A stretch of DNA of 64,000 bases from a virus (taxonomy: Duplodnaviria; Caudoviricetes), in IMG/VR virus record IMGVR_UViG_3300005670_000019; one strand, given 5' to 3'. Each line of letters starts with the position of its first letter. Position 1 is the stretch's first letter. Below, in pieces: positions 39,433-48,497 of this stretch. The position numbers and the translations under genes were made by a program. Under the pieces are notes generated by a model that worked only from the letters and a program-made list of their open reading frames with translations, ran no database searches and was not told the origin of the DNA.

Positions 39433-40122
39433 ATGAATTTAGAAATGCTTGCAAAAAAAGTTGTGATGAGTGATCAGTTTGAAGAACTAAAAGAACTCAT
39501 GCCTCAACTTTATAGACTAACACAGAACCTTTACAAAGATGTTGAATATGGTTCTGTGTCGCCTGATCTTCAAGAAAGAGTTGAAAAACACTTCAAATAT
39601 CTTTGGAGATATTTGAATCTTGGCGACAACATTTCTTTGACAGGACCGGAGGCTGCGTTTGTTGGGGATATGCATAGAAATGCAAAAGCGATAAGAACAA
39701 TCCAAAGTGATAAAAGGAGAGCTTCAATGTTTGGTGAAAGTAAGAAAATTACAAAGAAACAAATCAACAAACTCATCGAGAGCATTGTTGCTGAAATGTG
39801 TGATGAAGAGTTGAACGAGAGTGAGCTTTCTCCTGATCCCGAATGGGATACAATTCAAGGAGCTCCAATGCATCAACGTTATCCAGGCTCCTTTGAAGAA
39901 GATGGACAAAGACCTGATTTGAAAGAAGGAACCAATATCCGTTGGGATAATGGAGTTTACAAGGCAGCAATCAGTGCAAATAAAACAGCAGAACTTATTG
40001 GCAATTTGATTAGTCACTCAAATGGACTAAATGAAGATCAACTTTTCAAATTGAAGCAAACTCATGAAAAAGCATCTCATCTTGCCAAACTTGTTGAGAT
40101 TATGAAAAATTGGAGAAGTTGA
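39433..40122 (+). CDS. putative head-internal protein
   Basis: internal KKITKKQINKLIESIVAE motif. Confidence 0.6.
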   Translation: MNLEMLAKKVVMSDQFEELKELMPQLYRLTQNLYKDVEYGSVSPDLQERVEKHFKYLWRYLNLGDNISLTGPEAAFVGDMHRNAKAIRTIQSDKRRASMFGESKKITKKQINKLIESIVAEMCDEELNESELSPDPEWDTIQGAPMHQRYPGSFEEDGQRPDLKEGTNIRWDNGVYKAAISANKTAELIGNLISHSNGLNEDQLFKLKQTHEKASHLAKLVEIMKNWRS

Positions 40123-40123
40123 A

Positions 40124-40375
40124 ATGAAGATTACGAAGAAACAAATTCAAAAACTTGTTGAGAGTATCATCAAAGAGCAACAACTTGACATAAGCACTAG
40201 AGTTGAAAATCTTGAAGCGATGAGAAAAGCAATTGTGAGATATCATGCTCACGCAGAAACACTTTTTGAATTACCAACATTTCAAAGACAGTTTGAACGA
40301 GGACTGAGAGAAATTGAAGAGGCTGTAAGCAATCAAATCTTTGCTCTTCAACATCCATACACTGACAAAGACTGA
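40124..40375 (+). CDS. putative head-internal protein
   Basis: MKITKKQIQKLVESIIKE leader. Confidence 0.65.
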   Translation: MKITKKQIQKLVESIIKEQQLDISTRVENLEAMRKAIVRYHAHAETLFELPTFQRQFERGLREIEEAVSNQIFALQHPYTDKD

Positions 40376-40379
40376 AGTC

Positions 40380-41192
40380 ATGAAAATCTCTCCAAAACAA
40401 CTTGATCAATTGATTGAAAGCCTCGTTGAACAGGCTTTCAATTCTCGTTTCCCTTCTGGAGATCCATATAAGAAAACTGATGTGGATAAAGACGTAGTGA
40501 AACTGAACAAGTATATGGAGACAACTGGTTTGTTCTTTCATTTCAGTGAAACAGGAAAGATTGGTATCAATCCTAAATCTACTGACCATCCGGGAGTTCG
40601 TGGATTTTATGGTTTTCTTCTAACGCCAAAAGAGTTCTTTCAGGAAAGTCACCATGAATGGTTCACAAAAAGAAAGTATATTGTTGTCTTCAAACTAAAG
40701 CCTGGTTTGAATATTCTGGAGCTTCGTAATAGATATGATTTGGATAAGACCTTGAAAAGGGGTCAATTCACATTGCAAATAAGAAAAGAGCCTTTGGACA
40801 GGCATCTTACCAGCAAAGCTGAACAAACAAGACTTCTTCAAAAGATGAACTTTGATGGGGTGTTCTCTGGACAACAGTTCTTCATGACAGATATGAAAAA
40901 TGAACTGGTTGTCTTTCCGCCTTACCAAAATAAAATTGAAATCGTTGATATCGTAAAAAACCCTCTTCACACTTACAAACAAAACAGAGAGTTTTACGAT
41001 CCCGTACATGACGGACCTCCAGATGAAACACCTCCTGTAAGAGTTCCTCCAAAGTATCAAGATAGCAGAGCTTCAAAGAAAAGAAGTGCGAAGAACAAAC
41101 TTCAAACTAACAAAGAACCAAAGAGTCGTAGTGAAGCCGAGAAGAGAAGGAAGAAGTTTGTGGATGACAACAATAGGGATCCACTCGATTGA
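40380..41192 (+). CDS. ART-like (polyvalent-protein type) domain with MKIS.KQ leader
   Basis: MKISPKQLDQLIESLVE; FHFS...KIGINPKS...GFYGF...NFDGV...ELVVF. Confidence 0.5.
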   Translation: MKISPKQLDQLIESLVEQAFNSRFPSGDPYKKTDVDKDVVKLNKYMETTGLFFHFSETGKIGINPKSTDHPGVRGFYGFLLTPKEFFQESHHEWFTKRKYIVVFKLKPGLNILELRNRYDLDKTLKRGQFTLQIRKEPLDRHLTSKAEQTRLLQKMNFDGVFSGQQFFMTDMKNELVVFPPYQNKIEIVDIVKNPLHTYKQNREFYDPVHDGPPDETPPVRVPPKYQDSRASKKRSAKNKLQTNKEPKSRSEAEKRRKKFVDDNNRDPLD

Positions 41193-41246
41193 TCATACTC
41201 TCTTCTAATTGGTTATCTTCCACTTAAAGACACTAAAGGATAATAG

Positions 41247-41810
41247 ATGAGCTTCTTCAAAACAAAACCCCATGAAAAGATTGGTCAAGCGCGCATAAAT
41301 GTGAAAGACCAGTCTTCTGGTTATGGAACAAATATTATCATCAAAACAGTTCGTCTTCCTGATGGTGTCATTGAGAAGTTCTTTGTTACTGATGACGGCG
41401 ATAGTGTCCAGATATTTGCTATAACCCATATGAACGAAGTGATAATGGTAAGGCAGTGGCGTCCGGGAAATGAGTCGGAGGGGCTAGAACTGCCTGGTGG
41501 TGGCTTAGAGAAGGGTGAAGACCCACTTGACGCTGCCGAACGAGAACTTGTTGAAGAGACAATGTTCTCTGCCGGACGAATGGAATACCTTGGAAGTTGT
41601 CCTTATTCTCCATACTCTAATGGAAGACGTCATATGTTCTTTGCAAGAGACTGCGTTAGAACAGAGAAACACCTTGATTTAGATGACAATGAACACTTAC
41701 AGGTTGTGAAGATGCCTTTGGACATATTCGTTGCCAAAATCAAAGAAAGTCCCGCAAGTATTCGAGGATGGGATCTTGCACTTCTTGCATTGAATAAGTT
41801 TGGATATTGA
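41247..41810 (+). CDS. Nudix hydrolase, ADP-ribose pyrophosphatase-like
   Basis: VRQWRP...LELPGGGLEKGEDPLDAAERELVEET...LDDNE. Confidence 0.88.
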   Translation: MSFFKTKPHEKIGQARINVKDQSSGYGTNIIIKTVRLPDGVIEKFFVTDDGDSVQIFAITHMNEVIMVRQWRPGNESEGLELPGGGLEKGEDPLDAAERELVEETMFSAGRMEYLGSCPYSPYSNGRRHMFFARDCVRTEKHLDLDDNEHLQVVKMPLDIFVAKIKESPASIRGWDLALLALNKFGY

Positions 41811-41859
41811 GATATTAGAACTGTAAGAAGTGGTAAGCTATTTACCCAAAAGAGGAAAT

Positions 41860-42858
41860 ATGAAGATTACAAAGAAACAATTTGACCGCCTCGTTGAAGG
41901 TTTGGTAAAAGAACAATGGGCAGATTGGGAACTGGGTTTAGGAGAAAAACCTGATGAACAAGATGAAAAGTTCCCGTTTCCTAATGATCCTGATCTGCAT
42001 GACAATGACCTAGAAGACGAGGATCTCAACGAACAGTTCGAGTGGACTGATGAAGAACTTGCTTCAATGGGCGATGAAGAAAGTGACAAAGAAGAAGCAG
42101 ACCAATGGTTTTCTGACTTTACGGGAGAACTAACTGGAACTGAAGATGAAGATGATGATGACTATCCTTGGGATGATGAGTTTGTTGGCAAGGCAGACCG
42201 TTCAGAACGAGGAATGCAGGAAGCGAAAAAGAACAGATGTTGGGATGGTTACAAGCCTGTGAAGGACAAGAAGCCTTACTCGAAGGGCTCCTGTGAAAAA
42301 GTTGATGAAGCTGTTGGTGTAGAACAGGATGAGGAATTAGAACAGGCTAGAAGAAAATTTATTGGGAAAAAAATTACTGTAAAAGATGGTGATGTTGCAA
42401 GAATAGTTCAAGTAACAAGAGAAGAAAGAAGTGGTCGTTTGATGGCTTGGTACGAATATGAACGTGTCCAAGTTCACACTGGATGGGTATGGGTAGATAA
42501 ACTTGAGGAAAAACTTCAAGAAGCAAAAAAGAAAAAGAACAAATCTCCATCTGAAAAGGTTCGCAAACCAACAGCCCCTCCTTCACGTCAGCACAAAGAT
42601 CCAACCAAGTATGATCGTAAGAGAGACAAGAAGAACGTCGATTTGAATGAGATGCGTCCAATGAGCCGAAGAGGTTCGATGATGCAAGGAAAAGGAGAGA
42701 ATGTGTCTTCCTTTTTCGTCAACAAGATGATGGCAGAAATTAAGCGTCTTCTAAAAGGAAAGATGGATTGGGTAGACTTAGATTCAATTCAAAGACTTGA
42801 AAAAGCTCTAACTGATGTTGCACGCCAAGCTTATAGTGAACTTGATGAAGTTGATTGA
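41860..42858 (+). CDS. acidic/basic putative head-internal protein
   Basis: MKITKKQFDRLVEGLVKE leader, several L.E sites, CWDGY motif; TATTTA upstream. Confidence 0.65.
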   Translation: MKITKKQFDRLVEGLVKEQWADWELGLGEKPDEQDEKFPFPNDPDLHDNDLEDEDLNEQFEWTDEELASMGDEESDKEEADQWFSDFTGELTGTEDEDDDDYPWDDEFVGKADRSERGMQEAKKNRCWDGYKPVKDKKPYSKGSCEKVDEAVGVEQDEELEQARRKFIGKKITVKDGDVARIVQVTREERSGRLMAWYEYERVQVHTGWVWVDKLEEKLQEAKKKKNKSPSEKVRKPTAPPSRQHKDPTKYDRKRDKKNVDLNEMRPMSRRGSMMQGKGENVSSFFVNKMMAEIKRLLKGKMDWVDLDSIQRLEKALTDVARQAYSELDEVD

Positions 42859-42866
42859 GGTTTGCA

Positions 42867-43487
42867 ATGAAGGAGCAAAAGTTCAATACAGGCAAGGAAC
42901 GAAATCCGTACATTTCAAAACATCCAGATCATGAAGAATGGGAAATTGTCTTGGAGAAAAGAAATGGAACGTGGGTTTGGAATGGAGATGGATGGTCACA
43001 ACCATTTTTGTTTAGACGAACAAAAGAACCAAAAATATTCACATCTCCTGAAGAAGCAAAGCAAGAACTCAAAACCGTGGTCTTACCTTACATTCTCAAA
43101 TGGCAACCGGGAGTATGGGAAGATTATGTTGTTGGTCACGAACTTCCTGATGGATATCAACTAAAAACAGAAAGCAGAAAAATGAAGATTTCAAAGAGAC
43201 AGCTTGATAAACTTGTTGAGAATGTTGTAAAGAAACAACTTCAAGAAAGAGCTTCAAAAGACGAAAATATGAAGACTATCCAAATCATGAAGGAACTTCT
43301 TCTACGACTTCGTACATACGCTGATAAACTTACAGCTCCCGGCGAAACCACAATGAATGACAACACAGTCAAAGACATTCACAAATACCTTGAAGAGATT
43401 GAAGGATGGCTTGAAGGATATGAAGCATTTATTGATCTTGACGTCTTCTGGAATAGACTTGATAGTCCATATCGACCAGAGAAATGA
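42867..43487 (+). CDS. putative head-internal protein
   Basis: internal MKISKRQLDKLVENVVKKQLQE. Confidence 0.6.
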   Translation: MKEQKFNTGKERNPYISKHPDHEEWEIVLEKRNGTWVWNGDGWSQPFLFRRTKEPKIFTSPEEAKQELKTVVLPYILKWQPGVWEDYVVGHELPDGYQLKTESRKMKISKRQLDKLVENVVKKQLQERASKDENMKTIQIMKELLLRLRTYADKLTAPGETTMNDNTVKDIHKYLEEIEGWLEGYEAFIDLDVFWNRLDSPYRPEK

Positions 43488-43492
43488 AAAAG

Positions 43493-43517
43493 AAAAAGGC
43501 TCCTCACGGAGCCTTTC
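43493..43517. terminator. bidirectional terminator
   Basis: AAAAAGGCTCC-TCAC-GGAGCCTTT between convergent genes. Confidence 0.85.
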
Positions 43518-43796
43518 TTATGTGAATCTTCTTAGTCGACCAGGAACTACATCTCTTGTTTTATTTGTGATTGCCCGAGCATCTGGTGTGTTATGATGAG
43601 CGCCTTTACTTGGTATATCGTTTCCATCCTCAACTCTTGACTTTATCTCTTTATCAATTCTTTGGATTAGCCAGTATCGATATTGAACTGGCATATGATA
43701 GAACTCTTTCCAAGTAAATCCTCCGTAGTACATCAGAAGGAAGAAATGTTCAAGCCATTCACTTTCTCTATGTTCACTCGTCAGGCCAAAAAAAGC
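43518..43796 (-). CDS. tail/baseplate assembly chaperone C-terminal ORF, probably reached by frameshift
   Basis: frame opens right after TAG 43799-43797: AFFGLTSEHRESEWLEHFFLLMYYGGFTWKEFYHMPVQYRYWLI. Confidence 0.7.
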   Translation of the reverse strand, partial: AFFGLTSEHRESEWLEHFFLLMYYGGFTWKEFYHMPVQYRYWLIQRIDKEIKSRVEDGNDIPSKGAHHNTPDARAITNKTRDVVPGRLRRFT

Positions 43797-44646
43797 CTAC
43801 TCCCATTGGAAGGGGAGCCTCCTTTTCAACATGTCCACAACCGGAACATTCAAAGAAGAATTGCATCTTGATATCTGGTTGATGCTTATTGATGTAGTTT
43901 CTCAAAGCCTTACTGTCTTGAATTGGAAGAGCTTGAACAAACTTTGAAAGAGCGCCCCTATCAGAAATACCATCAACTGATACGATTTGACGAAGAAGTC
44001 TTGATGTTGAAAGGTTTGTGTTTTGAAGACCTTTCTTTTTCTTGATCTCCATCTCTTCCAACATTTCTCTTTCATCGTGTCCTGTCAAAAGACGGAAAGA
44101 TACGACTTTCTTTGTTTGAGGAAGTGTAAAGGTAAAAAGATTTGTGTTTGGTTGAGCAGGTTCAATTTCAAGAGGTACAATGTCAAGCTCATTCAAATTG
44201 ATTTGAACAGGCTCCTGTTTTCCACAAGATGGACATTTCATTTCTGCTTTATACATTGCTCCATATCCGACGATACGGACACCGACCATTACAGCATTTC
44301 GGTCGCCGACGACCATGTCCATTGGATCAAATCCACGAAGCTGACATACAGATTTGATAAGTTCTGAGATGACAATGCCCTTCTTAGCGAAGTAATCATT
44401 CATCATGATATCTTCTTCTTTGGCTGTCATTGCTCTAATTGGAAGTGTTTCTCTATTTGCCAACATGCTTCCAAGAGGATATACCTTTCCATTACTTGGC
44501 AAAGGAACTTCTGCAACAGGGATTTCAATTCCAAACTCGTGCTTTACAGCCTCAGACATTGAAACTTCTTGAAGTCCAGCACCCTCCGCTGCTCGACGAG
44601 CAGCTTCAACCGACTCGAAAATACTATTTTTTTGTTCTCTATCCAC
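43774..44646 (-). CDS. T4 gp26-like baseplate hub / tail assembly chaperone
   Basis: VPLPSNG, RAMTAKEEDI, CPSCG, CSGCG, terminal FFWP. Confidence 0.8.
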   Translation of the reverse strand: MDREQKNSIFESVEAARRAAEGAGLQEVSMSEAVKHEFGIEIPVAEVPLPSNGKVYPLGSMLANRETLPIRAMTAKEEDIMMNDYFAKKGIVISELIKSVCQLRGFDPMDMVVGDRNAVMVGVRIVGYGAMYKAEMKCPSCGKQEPVQINLNELDIVPLEIEPAQPNTNLFTFTLPQTKKVVSFRLLTGHDEREMLEEMEIKKKKGLQNTNLSTSRLLRQIVSVDGISDRGALSKFVQALPIQDSKALRNYINKHQPDIKMQFFFECSGCGHVEKEAPLPMGVGFFWPDE

Positions 44647-44672
44647 AGTTTTCCTTTATTCCTTTCAAAGCA

Positions 44673-44897
44673 TCATCCAAAAAAGACAACATCTGTAACT
44701 ATTCCACTATCCAATTTTACGTTTAGTCTACCTTCTTGATAGTCCATGGTGTAAATGTAGTCGTTTCCATCTTCACTCACAACACGAAGAAAGTATCCAT
44801 TGTCTTCTGCAATTGTTTGAGCATCTTCAAAAGATTGCCAAACTAGTTTGTGTTGCATTTCCTTTAGAGCTATCTCTTGTTTTACGTTCATGTTCAT
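44673..44897 (-). CDS. peptidase inhibitor I78 / potato-inhibitor-I-like protein
   Basis: RVV...TMDYQEGRLNVKLDSGIVTDV..G. Confidence 0.7.
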   Translation of the reverse strand: MNMNVKQEIALKEMQHKLVWQSFEDAQTIAEDNGYFLRVVSEDGNDYIYTMDYQEGRLNVKLDSGIVTDVVFFG

Positions 44898-45097
44898 CCT
44901 ACGGTTATTTGAAACACTATACCATTTTGAATGGAGAGGTTTAGACGATTTGTGTGATAATCTCTTGTACAGACAAAGTTCTTTCCATCTTCATGAACAA
45001 TTCTTGTTTGATACCCAGCATTCCTTGCAGCATCTCTGACAATTTGTTCTGGTTTTCCAAGCCAATCCAAAATTTTGAAGTTTTCATCTGTTCGCAT
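44894..45097 (-). CDS. peptidase inhibitor I78-like protein
   Basis: WLGK...RIV...TRDYHTNRLNLSIQNGIV...G. Confidence 0.7.
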   Translation of the reverse strand: MRTDENFKILDWLGKPEQIVRDAARNAGYQTRIVHEDGKNFVCTRDYHTNRLNLSIQNGIVFQITVG

Positions 45098-45108
45098 TAT
45101 TCACTCTT

Positions 45109-45327
45109 TCAATAGACCAGGGCTTCAACTATTTTTCCACCCAATACCTCAAGATTAACACGATCGTTCATTTTATTCAATTGTTCGAACGACTTGTCTT
45201 TTCGATCAAAAACAACAATCCTCCAAGAAAGACCTTCGCTCTCAATTAAACGAACTCCTTCTTCAAGTTGTCTTCCAATCAAACCAGTAAGTCTGGTGTT
45301 TAGGGGATATACGATTTTGCCTTCCAT
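45109..45327 (-). CDS. divergent peptidase inhibitor I78-like protein
   Basis: LIGR...RIV...NDRVNLEVLGGKIV. Confidence 0.55.
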   Translation of the reverse strand: MEGKIVYPLNTRLTGLIGRQLEEGVRLIESEGLSWRIVVFDRKDKSFEQLNKMNDRVNLEVLGGKIVEALVY

Positions 45328-45413
45328 AGGATTTTCTTAGTTATTAGTCAACTTCAATTATACTTAGATTGTATAGGAAAGTCCAATTTGATAGGACGTT
45401 TTGGAGGAATATT

Positions 45414-45806
45414 ATGGCAAAAATTCGTACAAGAATTACAGACAAAGGTCTAATCTCAGAAAAAGTAGCTGATGATGCAGAAAATAGCTTTGAAGTCGCA
45501 GTTCAAGAGACTGTAAATGTTTCAGCGGTTACGACAGTTACTACGGCATCTGTTGGTGTTGGTGGCGTTACGCTCGTAGGCGCAGCAGCTATGATTGTTC
45601 TCCCAGCAATTGATGCATCCAACCTAAACCGCACCTTCACACTTGTCAACACTGGTTCAGCAGCATGCACAATCTCTGCTTCAAACCCAGTTGTTACACC
45701 TTCCGGCACATGGACAACATCCGTTGCAGGAAACTCTTCAATCTCAACAGTGATCGCATTGCCAGCAGCAAGCGGTTACTTCTGGGCACTTCGCACACAA
45801 GCTTGA
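45414..45806 (+). CDS. small structural/decoration-like protein
   Basis: TACTTA motif, strong GGAGG SD, own terminator, A/S/T/V-rich. Confidence 0.6.
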   Translation: MAKIRTRITDKGLISEKVADDAENSFEVAVQETVNVSAVTTVTTASVGVGGVTLVGAAAMIVLPAIDASNLNRTFTLVNTGSAACTISASNPVVTPSGTWTTSVAGNSSISTVIALPAASGYFWALRTQA

Positions 45807-45828
45807 ACTAATACGTTCCTATCAAAGG

Positions 45829-45854
45829 AAAGCCCTCAGTCGAGGGCTTTTTTT
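45829..45854 (+). terminator. intrinsic terminator
   Basis: AAAGCCCTC-AGTC-GAGGGCTTTTTTT. Confidence 0.85.
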
Positions 45855-46312
45855 GTTTTTCTTTTTCGCCAATTCGTTTCGAGTTTCCACTCATCTTGAA
45901 TTCGCTTCTCTTCGGAATAGTTTGGATTTACAATCAATACCATGCTTTCTGGTCGCATCCCAGCTAGAAATCCTCCCTCTGTTCCATGAAAAAAATAATG
46001 GAATACAAATTTGTTCCAAGGTTCTTTTTTGTATTTTTCTGCAACATCCAAATTAGTAACAAGATAGTATCTTGTTGACCAATCTTTAGTTTTATTTTCC
46101 ATCAAACCAACATTGTACATATCCCAAACAGATTTGCTGCCTTGTGCTTCTGGATTTGCCCAAAAGAAACGACCTGCTCCATGCAACCTTGACTTGGTTC
46201 TTACCACAATATCTCCGGGTTTCAAATCAGAAGCTCTTATAGCTTTCCATCTTCTGGCAGGAGGCATTCTTTGTGGTTTTGGTCTTTTCACTTCATTGGA
46301 TGAATGTAACAT
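45836..46312 (-). CDS. hypothetical protein
   Basis: 158-aa ORF. Confidence 0.55.
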   Translation of the reverse strand: MLHSSNEVKRPKPQRMPPARRWKAIRASDLKPGDIVVRTKSRLHGAGRFFWANPEAQGSKSVWDMYNVGLMENKTKDWSTRYYLVTNLDVAEKYKKEPWNKFVFHYFFHGTEGGFLAGMRPESMVLIVNPNYSEEKRIQDEWKLETNWRKRKTKKALD

Positions 46313-46956
46313 AAAACAAACTCAAATCTTCCAATATTGTAATAGTTTCTGCCTTGAGCCATTATGCTAGAGAGGGTTTCTTGAACTTTCTTTTCAACGA
46401 TAAAATGAAAATTCTTTTGAATGCTTTGAGTGTCCACAACACACAGAGTTTTTTGAAAGTTTAGAATTCCGGAAAGAAACAATCTGTTATCAAGTGGTTC
46501 ATAAATTTGAAATTCGTTGAACAGATGGATGCTTCTCAAATCCTTTTCAAGGGATTTGAACATGACAAAAGTCTCACAATCTTTAATTCTTTCTTCACTT
46601 ACGTCAATAAAACGACATACAAGTGGATTAGCTACATTTTGAATAGCTTTGTTTGAGACGGGTCTTGGTGATTGATAAAATGATCTTTGTCTACCAAAAG
46701 TTGTTTGAGGCTGTGTTTTTGGACCATTTGGAACTGTGTGAGGAACTGAATATGGAGTAATTTGAATACCGTTACTCCATCCACGAACTGTTGTAGTGGT
46801 TTCATATGTGTAGTCCACACTGTTTGTGCCGATACTTGCTCCAAAAGGCGCTTCAACCCTTTGGTATTCCAAATCATCATCTTCAAGATTTAGCAAAATA
46901 ACTGCTTCACCTTCTCTAAAATTCTCTGGAGTTACAATCTCTAATCGATGCCTCAT
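46288..46956 (-). CDS. hypothetical protein
   Basis: 222-aa ORF. Confidence 0.55.
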   Translation of the reverse strand: MRHRLEIVTPENFREGEAVILLNLEDDDLEYQRVEAPFGASIGTNSVDYTYETTTTVRGWSNGIQITPYSVPHTVPNGPKTQPQTTFGRQRSFYQSPRPVSNKAIQNVANPLVCRFIDVSEERIKDCETFVMFKSLEKDLRSIHLFNEFQIYEPLDNRLFLSGILNFQKTLCVVDTQSIQKNFHFIVEKKVQETLSSIMAQGRNYYNIGRFEFVLCYIHPMK

Positions 46957-46959
46957 TGT

Positions 46960-47343
46960 TCACACCACCTCTTCCGCAAGATAGTAAACTGTATCAAGCG
47001 AACTTTCACCCATCATCATCGCTAATTTACATGATGCGGTTCCATCTTCATGAAACTCAAAATAGTCCTCACGTGGGTATAAAGCATTTCGCCAATAATC
47101 AAAATTCATGATCAGATAATATTGTCGAACTGTAGCAACATCACAAAGTTTCAATAAAGCTACATTGTATTCTGATCTTACAGGATAGTAATCAAGAAGG
47201 ATAAAATGAGTTTTTTCTTTTTTTGAAAGAAATGACGAGAAGTAGATTTCTCCACCAATCAGTTTTTCAATCCTTGTGTTTTTTGTCATCGGAAAAATGA
47301 ACTGTTTTTGATTTGATAACTTTCCAGTTTCCATCATAGTCAT
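46960..47343 (-). CDS. hypothetical protein
   Basis: 127-aa ORF. Confidence 0.5.
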   Translation of the reverse strand: MTMMETGKLSNQKQFIFPMTKNTRIEKLIGGEIYFSSFLSKKEKTHFILLDYYPVRSEYNVALLKLCDVATVRQYYLIMNFDYWRNALYPREDYFEFHEDGTASCKLAMMMGESSLDTVYYLAEEVV

Positions 47344-47809
47344 ATTTTACTCTTGTCTTCAAAATCTTATCCCAAAATGGGTAAGACACGCACCAGTTTG
47401 CATCTTGATTTGATCCCATGTGATGATCAAAGTGATGAGGGAAATACTTCTTGCCAATCTCTGGATGAATATGAGAAATCGCGTGAGAGGAGTAGTAAAT
47501 GATCGCACCCAAGAAGAGGGCACCATACAGAACAGGAAAATAGAAAATGATTGGGAGGTGAAGAAGGGCAAGAAGAAGTAGACCGACAATCTCTTTTCCA
47601 GTGGTCTTCCATTTTAGAGGTTCAACATAATCAGAATCAAAGAAACCATATTTGCGGCAACGCGAATGATGTCTATGCCAATGAAATGAAAAGAAGGAAC
47701 CTTTTTTCTTACCCAATCCATGAAGAATATGTTTGTGTATTAGCCACTCAAGTAAGTTCACATAAAGAAGTCCAAGAACTAACTGAAAAAGAAAAGCCAA
47801 TACAAACAT
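47267..47809 (-). CDS. fatty-acid hydroxylase / sterol desaturase superfamily membrane protein
   Basis: His boxes EWLIHKHILHG, HWHRHH, SHAISH, HHFDHH and N...PFWDKIL; transmembrane segments. Confidence 0.85.
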   Translation of the reverse strand: MFVLAFLFQLVLGLLYVNLLEWLIHKHILHGLGKKKGSFFSFHWHRHHSRCRKYGFFDSDYVEPLKWKTTGKEIVGLLLLALLHLPIIFYFPVLYGALFLGAIIYYSSHAISHIHPEIGKKYFPHHFDHHMGSNQDANWCVSYPFWDKILKTRVKYDYDGNWKVIKSKTVHFSDDKKHKD

Positions 47810-47833
47810 TTGATTACATCTCCATATCTCTAA

Positions 47834-48184
47834 CTATCTTTCCACAATTGAGAGTGCGACCCTGCTAATAAAAATAGCATCACCTTGTTCAAAAACAATT
47901 CTCAAAACACACAAATCTTTGTTGGCATCTGTGAATGCTAAATTGACAACATTCATTCTATGGTCTTGGTTTTCATTGTCACCGAAGTCGAAAATAACAA
48001 ACGTTGTTTCTCTAAACTGTTCAAAGTCATGAATGGTAAGTTGGACTGCTTTGCCACCTCGAATCTTTTCGACATACCCAGTTGAAAAGACCCATTTTCG
48101 CAAATAACTACCAATGGTAACCAAGTCACCGCGTTTTAGGTTTTGCTCTGCGAAAAGAGCTTCAGTCTTCTCCCACGGTTTCAT
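47834..48184 (-). CDS. hypothetical protein
   Basis: 116-aa ORF. Confidence 0.55.
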   Translation of the reverse strand: MKPWEKTEALFAEQNLKRGDLVTIGSYLRKWVFSTGYVEKIRGGKAVQLTIHDFEQFRETTFVIFDFGDNENQDHRMNVVNLAFTDANKDLCVLRIVFEQGDAIFISRVALSIVER

Positions 48185-48497
48185 TCTTGGATTTCTTTCC
48201 GCGCTTTACCTTCTTATCCTCAACTTGTTCTTCAACTTTCTCTTCGGTTTCATCTTCCAATGTTTCAACCTCATTCTTTGAATGAGCATCGGCTGTAGGA
48301 ATTAATACAGCAATTTCTCTTTTCACAAGAAGTATAGATTGAACAAATTCTTCCTCTTCATCTGTAAAGGAGAAGTCCTTTTTCAATTCCTCAAGTGTTC
48401 CCTCTTCAAAAGTGTGCAAAACATAAGATTTGAAATCAATTTTTCTTCTTCGAAGAGTTTCTGCATAGTTTGGTTTTGATACATCACTTGATTTCAT
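48162..48497 (-). CDS. hypothetical protein
   Basis: 111-aa ORF. Confidence 0.55.
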   Translation of the reverse strand: MKSSDVSKPNYAETLRRRKIDFKSYVLHTFEEGTLEELKKDFSFTDEEEEFVQSILLVKREIAVLIPTADAHSKNEVETLEDETEEKVEEQVEDKKVKRGKKSKNETVGED

